Source: Eledone cirrhosa
Taxonomy: Eukaryota
Direction of reading: 5' to 3'
NCBI GenBank assembly: GCA_964016885.1
Contig: OZ024750.1
Location: 54,746,001 to 54,810,000 of the forward strand
Length of the DNA: 64,000 nt
Positions 1-11,774 of the stretch are shown piece after piece. Below the pieces are notes generated by a model. The model worked only from the letters and a program-made list of their open reading frames with translations, ran no database searches and was not told the origin of the DNA. Positions within the stretch are counted from its first letter, which is position 1; each line of letters starts with the position of its first letter. Made by a program: the position numbers and the translations under genes.

Positions 1-91
1 ACCACCACCACCACCACCACCACCATCACTGACATCATCCACCACCATCACCACCACCACCACCATCACCAGCGTAAAGCAAACAATTATA

Positions 92-132
<41 letters not shown>

Positions 133-292
133 AAAACTGAACTGGACTGGGAAAAGTCAACAGTTGAAATGATTTTGATTTTGTATCAGTACTGCCGGTA
201 ATATATATATATATATATGTGTGTATGTGAGTGGTGTGTGTGTTTGTATGCATGAGTGTTGGTGTGTGAATGGCGTGTGTGTGTGTGTCGTG
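1..292. repeat. Microsatellite block (CAC)n, (TAT)n, (TA)n, (TG)n
   Basis: Simple repeats read directly. Confidence 0.9.
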
Positions 293-329
293 TCAATAAG
301 TGTTTTTTGTTGTTGTTTTTTTAATGACC

Positions 330-2109
330 ATGCTGTAAAATGGAGTGGTAGAGAGGGCCCTTGAGTCTAGTAAGACATCCTCTCTAGTGCTGGTGGCACA
401 AATAAAAGCACCCAGTCCATGCTGTAAAGTGGCGCTGATGTTAGGACGTGCATCCAACCAGTGTATCAATGCCAAAACGCTTAGCAGCACAGCAACAAAT
501 AGATAGGAACATCAACAAAATATGAAGACGTCGCATCTCAGAGTTGCAACACTTAATGTTGGCACTCTCAGAGGTAGATTTTCTGAAATAACGGAGATGC
601 TGGAGAGAAGGCATGTGGATGTGTGCTGCGTGCAAGAGGTGAGATGGAGAGGTGCCTCTGCGAGACTAGTCGTAGGCAAACATCTTAGCTATAAGCTTTT
701 TGGGGAAGGTAAGGATGATGGGTTAGGGGGAGTAGGCATTTTTCTGGCTGAAAGATGGATCAATAAGACAATAGAGGTAGTTCGAGTTAGTAATCGAATA
801 ATTAAGCTTAGATTAGTTGTAGGCAGGAGACTACTGACAATCATCTCTGCCTATGCTCCCCAAGCAGGCCTAGGCAAAGATGAGAAAGACTGCTTTTACG
901 AGCAACTTTTACAAACAACCGCAATGACAGAGGACGGAGACATCGTTATGCTAGCAGGGGACTTCAATGGTCATGTTGGACAGCTCCAGGATGGTTACAC
1001 TGGGGTACATGGTGGGCACAGTTACAGCTCAAGAAATGAAGACGGAGTGAGACTTCTTGAATTTTGTGATGCAAGTACACTGACTGTTTGCAACACAAAC
1101 TTCCAGACCTGCCAATCACCTAATAACCTAAAAATCTGGCGAGCACATAAGCCAGATTGACTTCTTACTAGTTAGGCAGTGGGACAGGCAGATAGTGTCT
1201 AATACAAAGGCATACCCTGGGGAAGAATGTACCCCACTGCATAGGTTAGTCATTTGTGATATCGCAGTAAGCAAGAGATGGAATGAGACATACAGGAAGG
1301 TGTGGAGAAGAAAGGTCTGCAAGCTAAAAGACCTTTCACTAAAATACAAATTTAGGAAAGCCCTTCAAGATGTATATGACTAAAAAGAAGACGATTTCTT
1401 ACGTGACAACTTACTGCAGGCTACTGATGAAACTTGTGGCTGGAGCAGAGTTCCAACCAGACAGAGAGTGACCTGGTGGTGGAACAGCACAGTAGATAAG
1501 GCCATTAGAGACAAAAGACTAGCATGGAAGGCTTGGAAAAAGGGTGGGAGTAGGGAAGAATATACAGCCGCTAAGAGAGAAACTAGACGTCAGGTGTACT
1601 TAGCACGCAGGGAGGCAGAGAGTAGGAGGTTTGCCAATGTTCTGCGACGGGAAAATCGGGGGCGCGCGGTTTCCACATTGCAAGGCAGTGTATCAATGCA
1701 AATCAGGATGTTGTTGGAGATAAATGTGTCCAGAATGATGCCGGTGTACTTAGTGTCGCGAATGATCAGAAAAAGGAGGCCTGGAAATGTCATTATGAGA
1801 GACTCATGAATGTGGAGAACGAATGGGAGAGAGAGAAATTATCCTTAGTAGATCCGACAGAGGGACCAGCTATTGAGATTGACGAATATAGGGTCCAAGG
1901 GGCGATTAAGGAAATGAAAAATGGTAAGGCTGCTGGACCATCTGGAATAGTTGCTGAGATGCTGAAGGCATCAGGGGACGTAGGCACTAAACTGGTTGCA
2001 CACATCATCAATCAGGCTATATATGGTGGTGTCATGCTCAAAAACTGGTGCAGCAGTATTCTCATAAATTGCTACAAAGGTAAAGGGGATGCTCTGAAGA
2101 GGAGCAATT
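330..2109 (+). mobile_element. RTE-clade LINE, 5' half (5' UTR, AP endonuclease, start of RT), frameshifted
   Basis: ORF 522-1160 has APE motifs (TLNVGTL, CVQEVRW, SAYAPQ, GDFNGHVG). Later pieces give WWWN, GKAAGPSG and YKGKGDAL. The sequence breaks at the gypsy insertion. The 5' boundary is approximate. Confidence 0.9.
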
Positions 2110-2572
2110 TGTAGTAAGACGCCTTACGCCCCCTGGCGGATAATGGACCAGGCCTAGTTGTCTTCCCCTGGTGGAGAACCCCTTGGTAACCAGCAGACAG
2201 CCACGGGAAAGCAGACGGCATACACGCCACAGAAAACAGCCTCTGTACCACGAAACGATAAACAGCCAAGGGAACAGCAAACAGCTAACCCCACAATACC
2301 TTTGTAATTGTAATACGCTCCCTTCACCACAACTGACCGCGTCTATATTTGGTATGTTTCATTTGTAATATAATAAACACATATAAACAAAATAAACATC
2401 ACCATTATTTACATTTGTTGAATATAACTCTCGTTGTGGTTATTGTCTTGTTTACGCACACACCCACTCACTTTGTTATAATTCTCACTTACAAAAATGG
2501 TAAATAGACGAGGGACCTTCCCTCACGTCTATGTCGATAAACAATCCAACTAGGATACTTCATTTTACCACA
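2110..2572 (+). repeat. 5' LTR (463 bp)
   Basis: TGTAGTAA...TTACCACA imperfect terminal inverted repeat; direct repeat of 7340-7748. Confidence 0.93.
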
Positions 2573-2573
2573 C

Positions 2574-2585
2574 TGGTGACCCGAC
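2574..2585 (+). promoter_or_regulatory. Primer binding site, tRNA-Trp type
   Basis: TGGTGACCCGAC directly after the LTR; it matches the tRNA-Trp PBS TGGTGACCCCGAC with one C missing. Confidence 0.8.
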
Positions 2586-3233
2586 TAAAGAATTTTACGC
2601 AGCCTTTTTAATCAGTTGAACTTAAATATTTCACTGTTATTACCCCGTTGCCAACCTTTTCGCAACTTACAAAAATACAAGAAAAAAGGAAAGGGCAGAG
2701 AAATAATTAAGTGTTTATACAATATTGACAATGTATACAAACCAGCCAAAAATCTTTTCCAAGATGGCGTTGCTTTCCTTCCCCGTTTTGTAATTTTCCG
2801 CCAGGACAGGGACATTATGAATTGTGTGTGTGTTCCACAAGGGAAAAAAAATTTTTTGTGAACATTACTGCCCCGCAGGGGATACACATGCCTTACTTTT
2901 TTCCTAAGGGATTTTTAGCCTCAGGCTACCTATTGTTGATATCCAACGTGGATATATTCTAAAACAAACATTTTTTTTCTTCTCTTTTTCACGGGTTATT
3001 TGATTTGGCTGGCCCGTTGAAGCAACACAAGGGGACAGACGTTGAAAGAAAAAAATTTTTTTTAAAATATATATATGTATTTTATGTATTTTTCCTATTT
3101 CCTAATGTTTTGAATGTCTGTTTCTTTTTGACCTTGGATTTTTTTTCCATTTTGGGTGTTTGCTTTTCCCTGTACGAGGGAACATTCATTGCTGTTTATA
3201 TATATATATATTTTTTATTTTAAACGTTTCACA

Positions 3234-4012
3234 ATGAATACGCCACCTTTGTCCGCCTTTACCGGAAACCCTAAGCTGTGGTTCGCCCAGCTACAGGCGT
3301 ATTTTACGGTCTGTAAGACCGAGTCTGACCAGCGCCTCGCTGTCTTGGTTAGCGGACTTCCCCCTAATTTAGCAGATTCGGTCCAAGAACTAATTACAGA
3401 CCCCCACCCTCTGACTTAACGTATGAGTCTTTAAAAGGCGAGATCTTGAGAAGGAACTGTAAGTCGGTAGAGAGTCGTTTTCGGTCATTGATCGAGGACG
3501 AACGACTAGGTGACAGGACCCCCACCGCTTTTCTCCGGCATTTGCGGGAATTGAGTGATTCCCAAGATCAGAATAGCCCTTTCCTGAAGCAATTGTTCTT
3601 CTCTCGCCTACCTCAAGAGGTACAGGCGATCCTAGCCCATATGCTAGAAGTAAATACCCTCGACCACATTGCTGTCTCTGCTGACAAAATAGTAGAAGTG
3701 ACGAAGAGATACACTTCGAAGCAAAAGTACGTTGCTTCCTCTTCTCTTCCTCAATCACGCTCATCAGCGAGTGATGAGAAATTAGTCAAAACAATGGAAG
3801 CCATGACTCGTCAAATGGCGGAGTTGTGCCAGGAATTCAGGTCTTTTGGACGGCAGAGGAGCCGCTCACGATCTTATTCAACTCCTCGCCACCGTAGCCC
3901 TTCCAAAACATCAAAACCACCATATTGTTATTACCATGACAAATATGGTGACAAAGCCGCCCATTGTAGGCCTCCTTGTGCTTACAAGGGAAACGACGAC
4001 CAGAGTCACTAA
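3234..4012 (+). pseudogene. gag: gag (frameshift/stop near 3419) with CHCC zinc knuckle
   Basis: MNTPPLSAF..PKLWFAQL start, LGDRTPTAFLRHLR, and C-terminal [18 protein letters not shown] (C-X2-H-X9-C-X3-C). Confidence 0.88.
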
Positions 4013-7000
4013 CGGCGGATAGTGCGCTCTGCGAAACATCATCCAACCGCCACTTTTTCATTGAGGACCTGCTATCAGGTAGAGCCTTTCTGGTTGACAC
4101 AGGTGCAGTTTGTTCAATATGGCCTGTGTGTTGTATGAAGGAAACTCCCCCTGAGACTCCTATTGAGTTGCAGGCAGTAAATTGTTCGCCGATTCGAACC
4201 TTCGGACATATCTCGCTACCTTTGCAGTTCGGTAATCTGCGGCGTGAGTTTAAATGGATATTTACTGTCGCTGACTTGCCGTATCCGATTCTAGGCGTGG
4301 ATTTTCTCCACCATTTTTCATTGACGGTGGACCTCCGTCGTAAGCGCCTAATTGATGGCATCACTGGTTTAACTGTTGTTGGCAAGGCAGCAGGAGTTCC
4401 AACGGTTAGCCCGACCTTTTTTCTTGCTAACACCGGTGATACTTACCATGCGTTGTTGAACTCGTTCCCGCAACTGACTCAGGGAAATTTTCGAGTTGAT
4501 GAGCCAACTCATTCCACGGAGCACTTCATAACTACAACTGGTGCTCCCGTTTTTTCTCGCCCTCGTCGCTTGCCTCCGGACAAACTCAAAGCAGCACGAT
4601 CAGAGTTTGATCATATGCTGCAGTTGGGGATTATTCGTCCGTCCACGAGCCCGTGGGCGTCCCCATTACACATGGTACCGAAAGCGACTGGCGATTGGAG
4701 ACCTACTGGAGATTATCGACGCTTAAATTCAGTAACGGAACCGGACCGTTATCCTATCCCTCATCTGCAAGACTTTGCGTCTTCGTTGCAGGGATGCAAG
4801 ATATTCTCCAAACTGGATTTAATTCGTGCGTACCATCAAATTCCTGTCCATAAAAATGACATTCCAAAAACGGCTATAGTTACGCCATTTGGGTCATTTG
4901 AGTTTTTGACCATGCCGTTCGGATTAAGGAATGCCACTAGTACGTTTCAGCGGTTTATGGATGAGGTTACTCGTGGCCTCGATTTCGTCTATACCTATAT
5001 TGACGACCTGCTCATTACTAGTTCTTCTCAAGAGCAACATACGCACCATTTGAATCTTCTTTTCCGCTGATTGAAGGCGTATAACGTGCAGATTAATGCA
5101 CCCAAATGTGTTTTTGGTGCTGAGTCACTGACTTTCTTGGGTCACGTCATCGATGCTGACGGTATTCGACCCCGGCCTGAGCGAGTTAAGGTCATAGAGG
5201 ATTTGCCTCCACCGACCTCACTACATCAGTTACGCCAGTTCTTAGGCCTGATTAACTTTTATAGGCGTTTCGTGCCAAATTGTGCAAGAGTGCTTTTCTC
5301 CCTGACAGAAATTTTAAAAAATTGTCGGAAGAAGAATGCAGACATTTCTTTGACCGAGACTCAACTTGCTGATTTTCAGCACGCCAAAACTGCTTTGGCT
5401 AATGCCTCTTTACTGGCTCACCCGGTACCCGGTGAAAAGCTAATGCATCGGATATCGCTGTCGGCGCAGTGCTACAGCAAAACACCAATGGTTACCAGCA
5501 ACCGCTGGAGTTCTTTTCCAGAAAGATGAAACCTGCTGAGACGCGCTACAGCACCGCTAGAGCTTTTGGCCATCTATTTAGCCGTGAAACATTTTTCACA
5601 TATGCTAGAGGGTAGACTATTTACTATCCTCACTGACCATACACCATTGACTTTTGCGTTGAGAGCGAAGGCTGATAAATACTCGCCCAGAGAGACGAGA
5701 CACCTTGATTTCATCTCGCAATATACGAATGATATCCAACACATTCCAGGTTCACTAAATACAGCGGCCGACGCTTTGTCCCGCTTACCCGTGACAGCGA
5801 TCTCGTCACCCTCTGACATAGATCTGACTCGTTTGGCTGCGGATCAGCCTCCCCTTGAGTCATTGGATGTTACATCGCCCGAGTTTGCGAATTGCGAGAT
5901 GAAATACTTGCCTCTGTCGACTGCAGTTGGCCAAATTCTCTGCGACGTCTCTTTGGACGTGCCTAGGCCCTTCGTTCCAGAGAATCATCGTCGGACCGTG
6001 GCATTACATGGTTTCTCGCATCTAGGATCTTCTGCCACAGCAAAGCTCATATCAGCTAGATTTTTCTGGCCAAATATGAGGCGTGAAATTGCTGCTTGGT
6101 GCCGTTCCTGCGTCGCTTGCCAGAAATCAAATTCCATCGACACGTCAAGGCTCCCCTGGGTACCTTTACTAACCCAGATGCGCGTTTTTCGCACATTCAT
6201 ATTGATATAGTGGGACCTTGGCCTGTCAGCGATGGTTATTCTTATCTGCTGACCATAATTGACCGTTTTTCGAGATGGCCTGAAGCCATCCCCTTGAAAA
6301 ACATCACCGCTGAGACGACAGCGCGTGCTCCTGTGTCTGGATGGATCTCTCGTTATGGAGTTCCATCCACAGTAACTACCGACCGTGGATGACAGTTCTA
6401 GTCGAGCCTTTTCCTCGAACTGTCAAAATTAATTGGTCCTAAACGCATCAGAACTACGGCGTAACATCCTGCTTCGAATGGTATGGTGGAGTGTTTTCAC
6501 CGACAACTGAAGGCCTCCTTAATGGCCTCAATGGACTCGGCGCATTGGAGCGAGTACCTCCCTATTGTGCTACTAGGGATTCGGTCAACGGTGAAGGTCG
6601 ACTTTGGATTTTCACCGGCTGAAGTACTCTACAAATGCTTGCCCCTATCGATCTTGATGCTCAAGATCACGCTTCCTACGTGTCCCGTTTGCGCTCCTAT
6701 TTCCAGGATTTGCCGCCAATGGACACTAGGAAACAAACTGTCAAGACTGCTGTCCCGAGGGATGTTGCCTCGTGGACGCATGTCTTTGTAAGGAAAGATT
6801 CTGTGAGCTCACACAGCCTTACACTGGACCTTACCGTGTCTTAGCGCGCTCGGCTAAGCATTTCACTGTAGATATTAAAGGGTCCATGGAGACAGTTACA
6901 ATAGACAGGCTTAAGCAGGCACACCTTGACACGGACGCTGTGGTTCCTGATCCACGAACCCCTTCGTATTTGCCTGTTGAGCGAACGCCTGTTCCTGAAC

Positions 7001-7113
7001 CAACAACATCGCCTGTCCCTACACCACCACCATCACCACGTTACAAGACCACGACCCGTTCAGGTCGTAGGGTCCACTGGCCAAAAAAATTTTGCAGCAC
7101 CGTCTATATTTAG
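3976..7113 (+). pseudogene. pol: pol: protease, RT, RNase H, integrase; in-frame stop at 5068-5070 and several frameshifts
   Basis: Motifs LVDTGA; SPWASPL, DYRRLN, MPFGL, YIDD; TDH.PL, NTAADALSR; H..H..C..C; HIDIVGP, TTDRG, GPY. Confidence 0.93.
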
Positions 7114-7321
7114 ACTGTGTTAGCTGCACCTTTGTTTTGCTTCTGTGTTTCTGCTTTTTCTTTGCCTTTTTTTTTGTTATGCATGTTGTTTTTTTAACAT
7201 TTTTCAAATCCTTATCCTGGATTTAATGTTTGGTAGAGCGAATAGCTCCCCCTTGTTGCATTGTTCGCCATCTTACTCCACGTGTGAGTAGTAACATCGA
7301 TTTTCGATGATTTGAAAATCT

Positions 7322-7336
7322 GGCAGGGGGGGGGGG
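7322..7336 (+). promoter_or_regulatory. Polypurine tract
   Basis: GGCA plus a G run just upstream of the 3' LTR. Confidence 0.8.
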
Positions 7337-7339
7337 TAC

Positions 7340-7748
7340 TGTCTTACGCCCCCTGGCGGATAATGGACCAGGCCTAGTTGTCTCCCCCTGGTAGAGAACC
7401 CCTAAGTAACCAGCAGACAGCCACGGGAAAGCAGACGGCATACACGCCACAGAAAACAGCCTCTGTACCACGAAACGATAAACAGCCAAGGGAACAGCAA
7501 ACAGCTAACCCCACAATACCTTTGTAATTGTAATACGCTCCCTTCACCACAACTGACCGCGTCTATATTTGGTATGTTTCATTTGTAATATAATAAACAC
7601 ATATAAACAAAATAAACATCACCATTATTTACATTTGTTGAACATAACTCTCGTTAATTCTCACTTACAAAAATGGTAAATAGACGAGGGACCTTCCCTC
7701 ACGTCTATGTCGATAAACAATCCAACTAGGATACTTCATTTTACCACA
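7340..7748 (+). repeat. 3' LTR (409 bp)
   Basis: Matches the 5' LTR except for 10-bp and 44-bp deletions and about 5 substitutions counted by eye. Confidence 0.93.
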
Positions 7749-7752
7749 AATT

Positions 7753-9171
7753 ATAGGGGTATAAAACTGATGGATCAGGTTATGAAAGTGGCAGAAAGGA
7801 TATTAGCACAACTAATTAGAGAAAGGGTCAAACTAGATGAGGTGCAGTTTGGTTTTGTGCCTGGGAAGAGTACAACAGATGCCCTCTTCTTGGAGAAACA
7901 ATTGCAAGAGAGGTTCTTAGAGAAAAATAAGCCACTATACTTAGCTTTGTTGACCTAGAGAAGGCCTTTGATAGGGTACCCCGATCTGTCATCTGGTGGT
8001 CCCTAAGGAAACTATGTGTTGAGGAATGTCTTGTGAGGACAGTGCAAACTTTGTACAGAGGTACTCTCAGTAAAGTCAGGGTAGGAATGGAGTTTAGTGA
8101 GGAATTCCAGATACAAGTAGGAGTACAGTCCGCTCTTGTTCATTATAGTCCTCCAAGCCATAACAGAGGAGTTTAAGACTGGCTGGCCATGGGAACTTCT
8201 CTATGCTGATGATCTGGTTCTTATAGCAGAACCAGTAGAGGAGCTAAAGAATAAATTCTGGCTATGGAAACAGCAGTTGGAAGCAAGTGGACTGAGAGTG
8301 AAGCTAGCTAAGACAAAAGTGTTGATGAGTAGAAAAGAGGTCAAAACTCTGATTCCGTCAGGGAAATGGCCATGTTCGATATGCAGAAAAGGAACTGGCA
8401 TAAATTCTATAAAATGCACGCAATGCAGATCCTGGGTACACAAGAGATGTAGCGGCATAGCAGGCAAACAAACAGGTAGGGAGAAATATGTATGCAGTAG
8501 ATGTCGCATTGATAGACACATTTTTCAAATGCAGGAGGGTGCTATAGAAGTGGTGGATAGCTTCCGGTACCTAGGAGATCAGATTAGCATGGGAGGGGGT
8601 GTTCCGAGGGCATAGTATATAGAATAAGGACGGGTTGGAAGAAGTTTATGGAACTACTTCCTCTGCTGACGAAGAAGGGTTTCTCCCTGCGTACGAAAGG
8701 CCGGTTATATGATGCCTGTGTGAGGAGGGCGATGCTGCATGGTAGTGAGACATGGGCAGCAACTGCAGAGGATATGCGACGGCTGGAGAGAAATGAGGCA
8801 AGCATGCTCCATTGGATGTGCAGAGTAAATGTGCGTGAATGACCCAGCATGAATGGGTTGGGAGAGAAACTGTCTGAGAGGGATAGAATGTAGTGTACGG
8901 GAGAGGAGACTGAGGTGGTATGGACATGTGATGCGCATGGTGGATGACCGATATGTGAAGAAGTGCCAGTTCAAGGAAGACGTGGAAGAGGTAGACCACG
9001 AAAAACATGGGCGGAGGTGGTGAGAACAGACCTCAGATCGTTGAAGCTCACGGTGGAGATGACGAAGGACCGTGACGAGTGGAGAGATGCAGTGCTGAAT
9101 AAGACCCGTCCCACCCTTGCAAGCAGGGAAGAGCGGACGTAAAATGATGATGATGATGATGATGATGATGA
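7753..9171 (+). mobile_element. RTE-clade LINE, 3' half (RT with internal PHD-like finger, (ATG)n tail)
   Basis: NYRGIKL, QFGF, DLEKAFDRV, LLYADD, FRYLG and GSETW are present. It ends GACGTAAA(ATG)n and rejoins 2109 seamlessly once the LTR element is removed (compare 52341-52370). Confidence 0.92.
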
Positions 9172-9192
9172 TATATATCATATATATATATC

Positions 9193-9590
9193 ATTGCTGT
9201 AGTGGAGTCTGTGCTGCTGTATGGGTCTGAGACTTGGACACTGACCAAGAAACTCACTCAGATGGTGGATGGGTGCTACACGAGAATGCTGAGGATGGCT
9301 CTGAACATTAATCAGTATACACTGAGGATGAAAAATTCAGAGCTGTATGGGAGCATCCCAAAAGTCAACTCAAAAGTGACACAGAGGAGACTTAGGTTAG
9401 CTGGACATGCTCACCGACATCCAAAGTTGACATTGCACTCAGTACTCCTTTGGGAGCCCCTACATGGACACACTAGAAGAGGAAGACCAAGGTTAACGTA
9501 TGTTGATGCCCTAAGGACAGACACTGGTCTGTTGGAGATGTAGAACATGGCAGCGATAATGAGGGACAGAGACCGCTGGAGAGAACTCGT
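9193..9590 (+). mobile_element. 3' fragment of a second non-LTR (RTE-like) family
   Basis: ESVLLYGSETWTLTK...RRLRLAGH...GRP C-terminal LINE motifs. Confidence 0.75.
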
Positions 9591-9831
9591 CCAACATAAG
9601 TGTTTTTATTTGTAAACTTTCTAAGTATTTGACTCTAACCATAATTTTCAGTATTACCACCCCACATAAATTCCTCAATTTGTATGTGTGGATGTGTGTG
9701 TGTGTGTCTGTGGGGGTGGGTGTGAGTGTATGTGCAAGTCAACCAACATAAGTCTTTTTATATGTAAACTTTCTAATATTTGACTCTAACCATAATTTTC
9801 AGTATTACCACCCCACATAAATTCCTCAATT
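9591..9831 (+). repeat. ~90-bp direct duplication separated by (TG)n
   Basis: 9591-9680 is repeated at 9743-9831. Confidence 0.85.
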
Positions 9832-10119
9832 TAAGAATGACCTGTAGTATCGAATTTCATACTATAAACCTCAATTGAATATATATCTGACCAGGAATAC
9901 TTATTGTGAAAATCAGGAACTATTGTCATCTTGCCTGATGATTTGAACTTTACAACACCACCTGCCTCTTTGAGGTAAAATACCAACCCTACTAGCATCT
10001 AAAAATTGACCAATGAGAATTAAGAGTCCTGCTGACTACATTAAATTATCCCTAACAAGCTCATATGTCCCAACCATCAACACCATAAACACAGCGCTGG
10101 CATATCTAAGAACTGACTA

Positions 10120-10175
10120 ACTGCCTGATGAGGTCATAGCCATTCAATGGCTATCATCGAAATATATATAGCAGT
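10120..10175 (+). ncRNA. Minimal type I hammerhead ribozyme (Penelope pLTR type)
   Basis: actgc-CTGATGA-stem II (atagccat/atggctat)-GAAA-tatata-TA-gcagt, followed by AATAAA. Confidence 0.8.
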
Positions 10176-10233
10176 AAATAAAGGATTATGAGTTCATGCA
10201 ATTGACTTATGTTTCGTCACTATAAAAAAAAAA

Positions 10234-10266
<33 letters not shown>

Positions 10267-10689
10267 CGTGTATACATAATATATATAAATATACACACAC
10301 AAATACGTATATAACACGCGCACACACATACCTACATGTAAACACACATATGTTCGCGGACGTACGTCAACCAAAACACAACGTACACATATACACGCAC
10401 TCTACATACGTATGAACCCGCATACTCACACAGACGCAAACTCACGTATACACATAACCAAATGCATATGTACCAGTATATATAATATATATGCCATAAC
10501 ATATACAAGCAAGTATATGTACAAGAAAGTATACGTACCTTCACAAAACATACAGGTAATATATACTTACCTGTAATTGTATAAAAATAACAAATACTTA
10601 GCTACCACATGAAGACGTAAAATATCCGCGTATAGTTCGTACTATCCGTTAGGGTATAATGTGGGGCTGTAATACAGGAAAGTTTTGTG

Positions 10690-11151
10690 CAATTTATGTT
10701 TACAAGCCGAAATTGCTTCAGATTTTTTGTTTAAGATATGGTCTTTGGCATAGAGTATTTCCAAGGCCTCAGAGGTCACATGGTCTTTTATTTCCGTTAT
10801 ACAATCTAGCCTTAGCTACGATCTCCCAGTGTAACTTATATTGGGCGTGGTTGTCTTTTAGACTCCAGATATAAGCTGAAAATGACGTTATATTCCTTCT
10901 TAAAAGGTTAAGAAAAGAATGGGTATGCATGTAAAGACGCTGCTTGAATCTATTGGCGGTTAACCCTATGTAGGCCCTATGGGACGTGGGTGTTTCAACC
11001 TTACATTTGTAGACAATGTTACTAGAGAGGCACAATTACAGTTAGTACTAGCTACAGGGTTGCACGTGTTCCTACGGCTAGGTAATTTAGCTAAATTTGA
11101 AGCTGAGATGTGATGCGCAAGGTTAGGAGTCGTGGAGTAAGAAATTTTAAT

Positions 11152-11153
<2 letters not shown>
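10690..11153 (-). mobile_element. Penelope-like element 3' fragment (GIY-YIG endonuclease)
   Basis: TIKISYSTTPNL..CNC, then IVYKC..YIGLT..FKQRLYMH..SAYIWSL..CDL; homologous to 11775-13157. Confidence 0.85.
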
Positions 11154-11223
<70 letters not shown>

Positions 11224-11238
11224 GTCATGTATCATTAT

Positions 11239-11291
11239 ATTTTGTCTGATGAGGACGTACTGTTGTACATCCGAAATATGTATAATAAAAT
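11239..11291 (+). ncRNA. Minimal hammerhead ribozyme
   Basis: attttgt-CTGATGA-ggacgtac/tgtt/gtacatcc-GAAA-tatgta-TA-ataaaat. Confidence 0.8.
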
Positions 11292-11457
11292 TTAAGTGAT
11301 CAAAAGAACATCTATTTTATTAATATTTATATTCTAATATATATATAACCAAATGTTAAACAAGGTTCATTGATTATTCAATGAATATGGTTTTACAATA
11401 GATTAAAAACACTCAACAAAAAGTTTTCTGGAGTTATTAATATTATTCAAAATATTA

Positions 11458-11531
11458 ATAATTGTTTCTACTTTAGGCACAAGGCCAGCAATTATCCAGT
11501 GCATTACTGGTACTTTATTTTATCTACCCCG
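11458..11531 (-). mobile_element. SINE 3' fragment (family of 18333-18522)
   Basis: attgtttctactttaggcacaaggccagcaatt... Confidence 0.75.
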
Positions 11532-11774
11532 TCTCATACATACAAGTGAGCCTCAAAGTGGTCTTCGACCTGCAAGAAATAGCAGCCAAATTTCCCTCAA
11601 CTCGAACCCTAATGCAGCGATTCCAAAACTGTGGCCTTGTTGAGAAGAGTGGGGTGGAAAAAGACAGAAAGAAGGAATCACAGGAATCAAAAACGAAAGC
11701 CAAAATAAAGTTAGCAAAACAAGCAAAAAAAAAAGTTTCGACATCTGCTGGACCTCCCTTACCTCAACGGTGGT

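Larger units (their letters stand above)
2110..7748 (+). mobile_element. Full-length, mutationally decayed Ty3/gypsy LTR retrotransposon, CsRn1 clade
   Basis: Two LTRs with TGT...ACA ends and an AATT TSD (2106-2109, 7749-7752). PBS, PPT, CHCC gag motif and PR-RT-RH-IN order are present. Confidence 0.95.
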
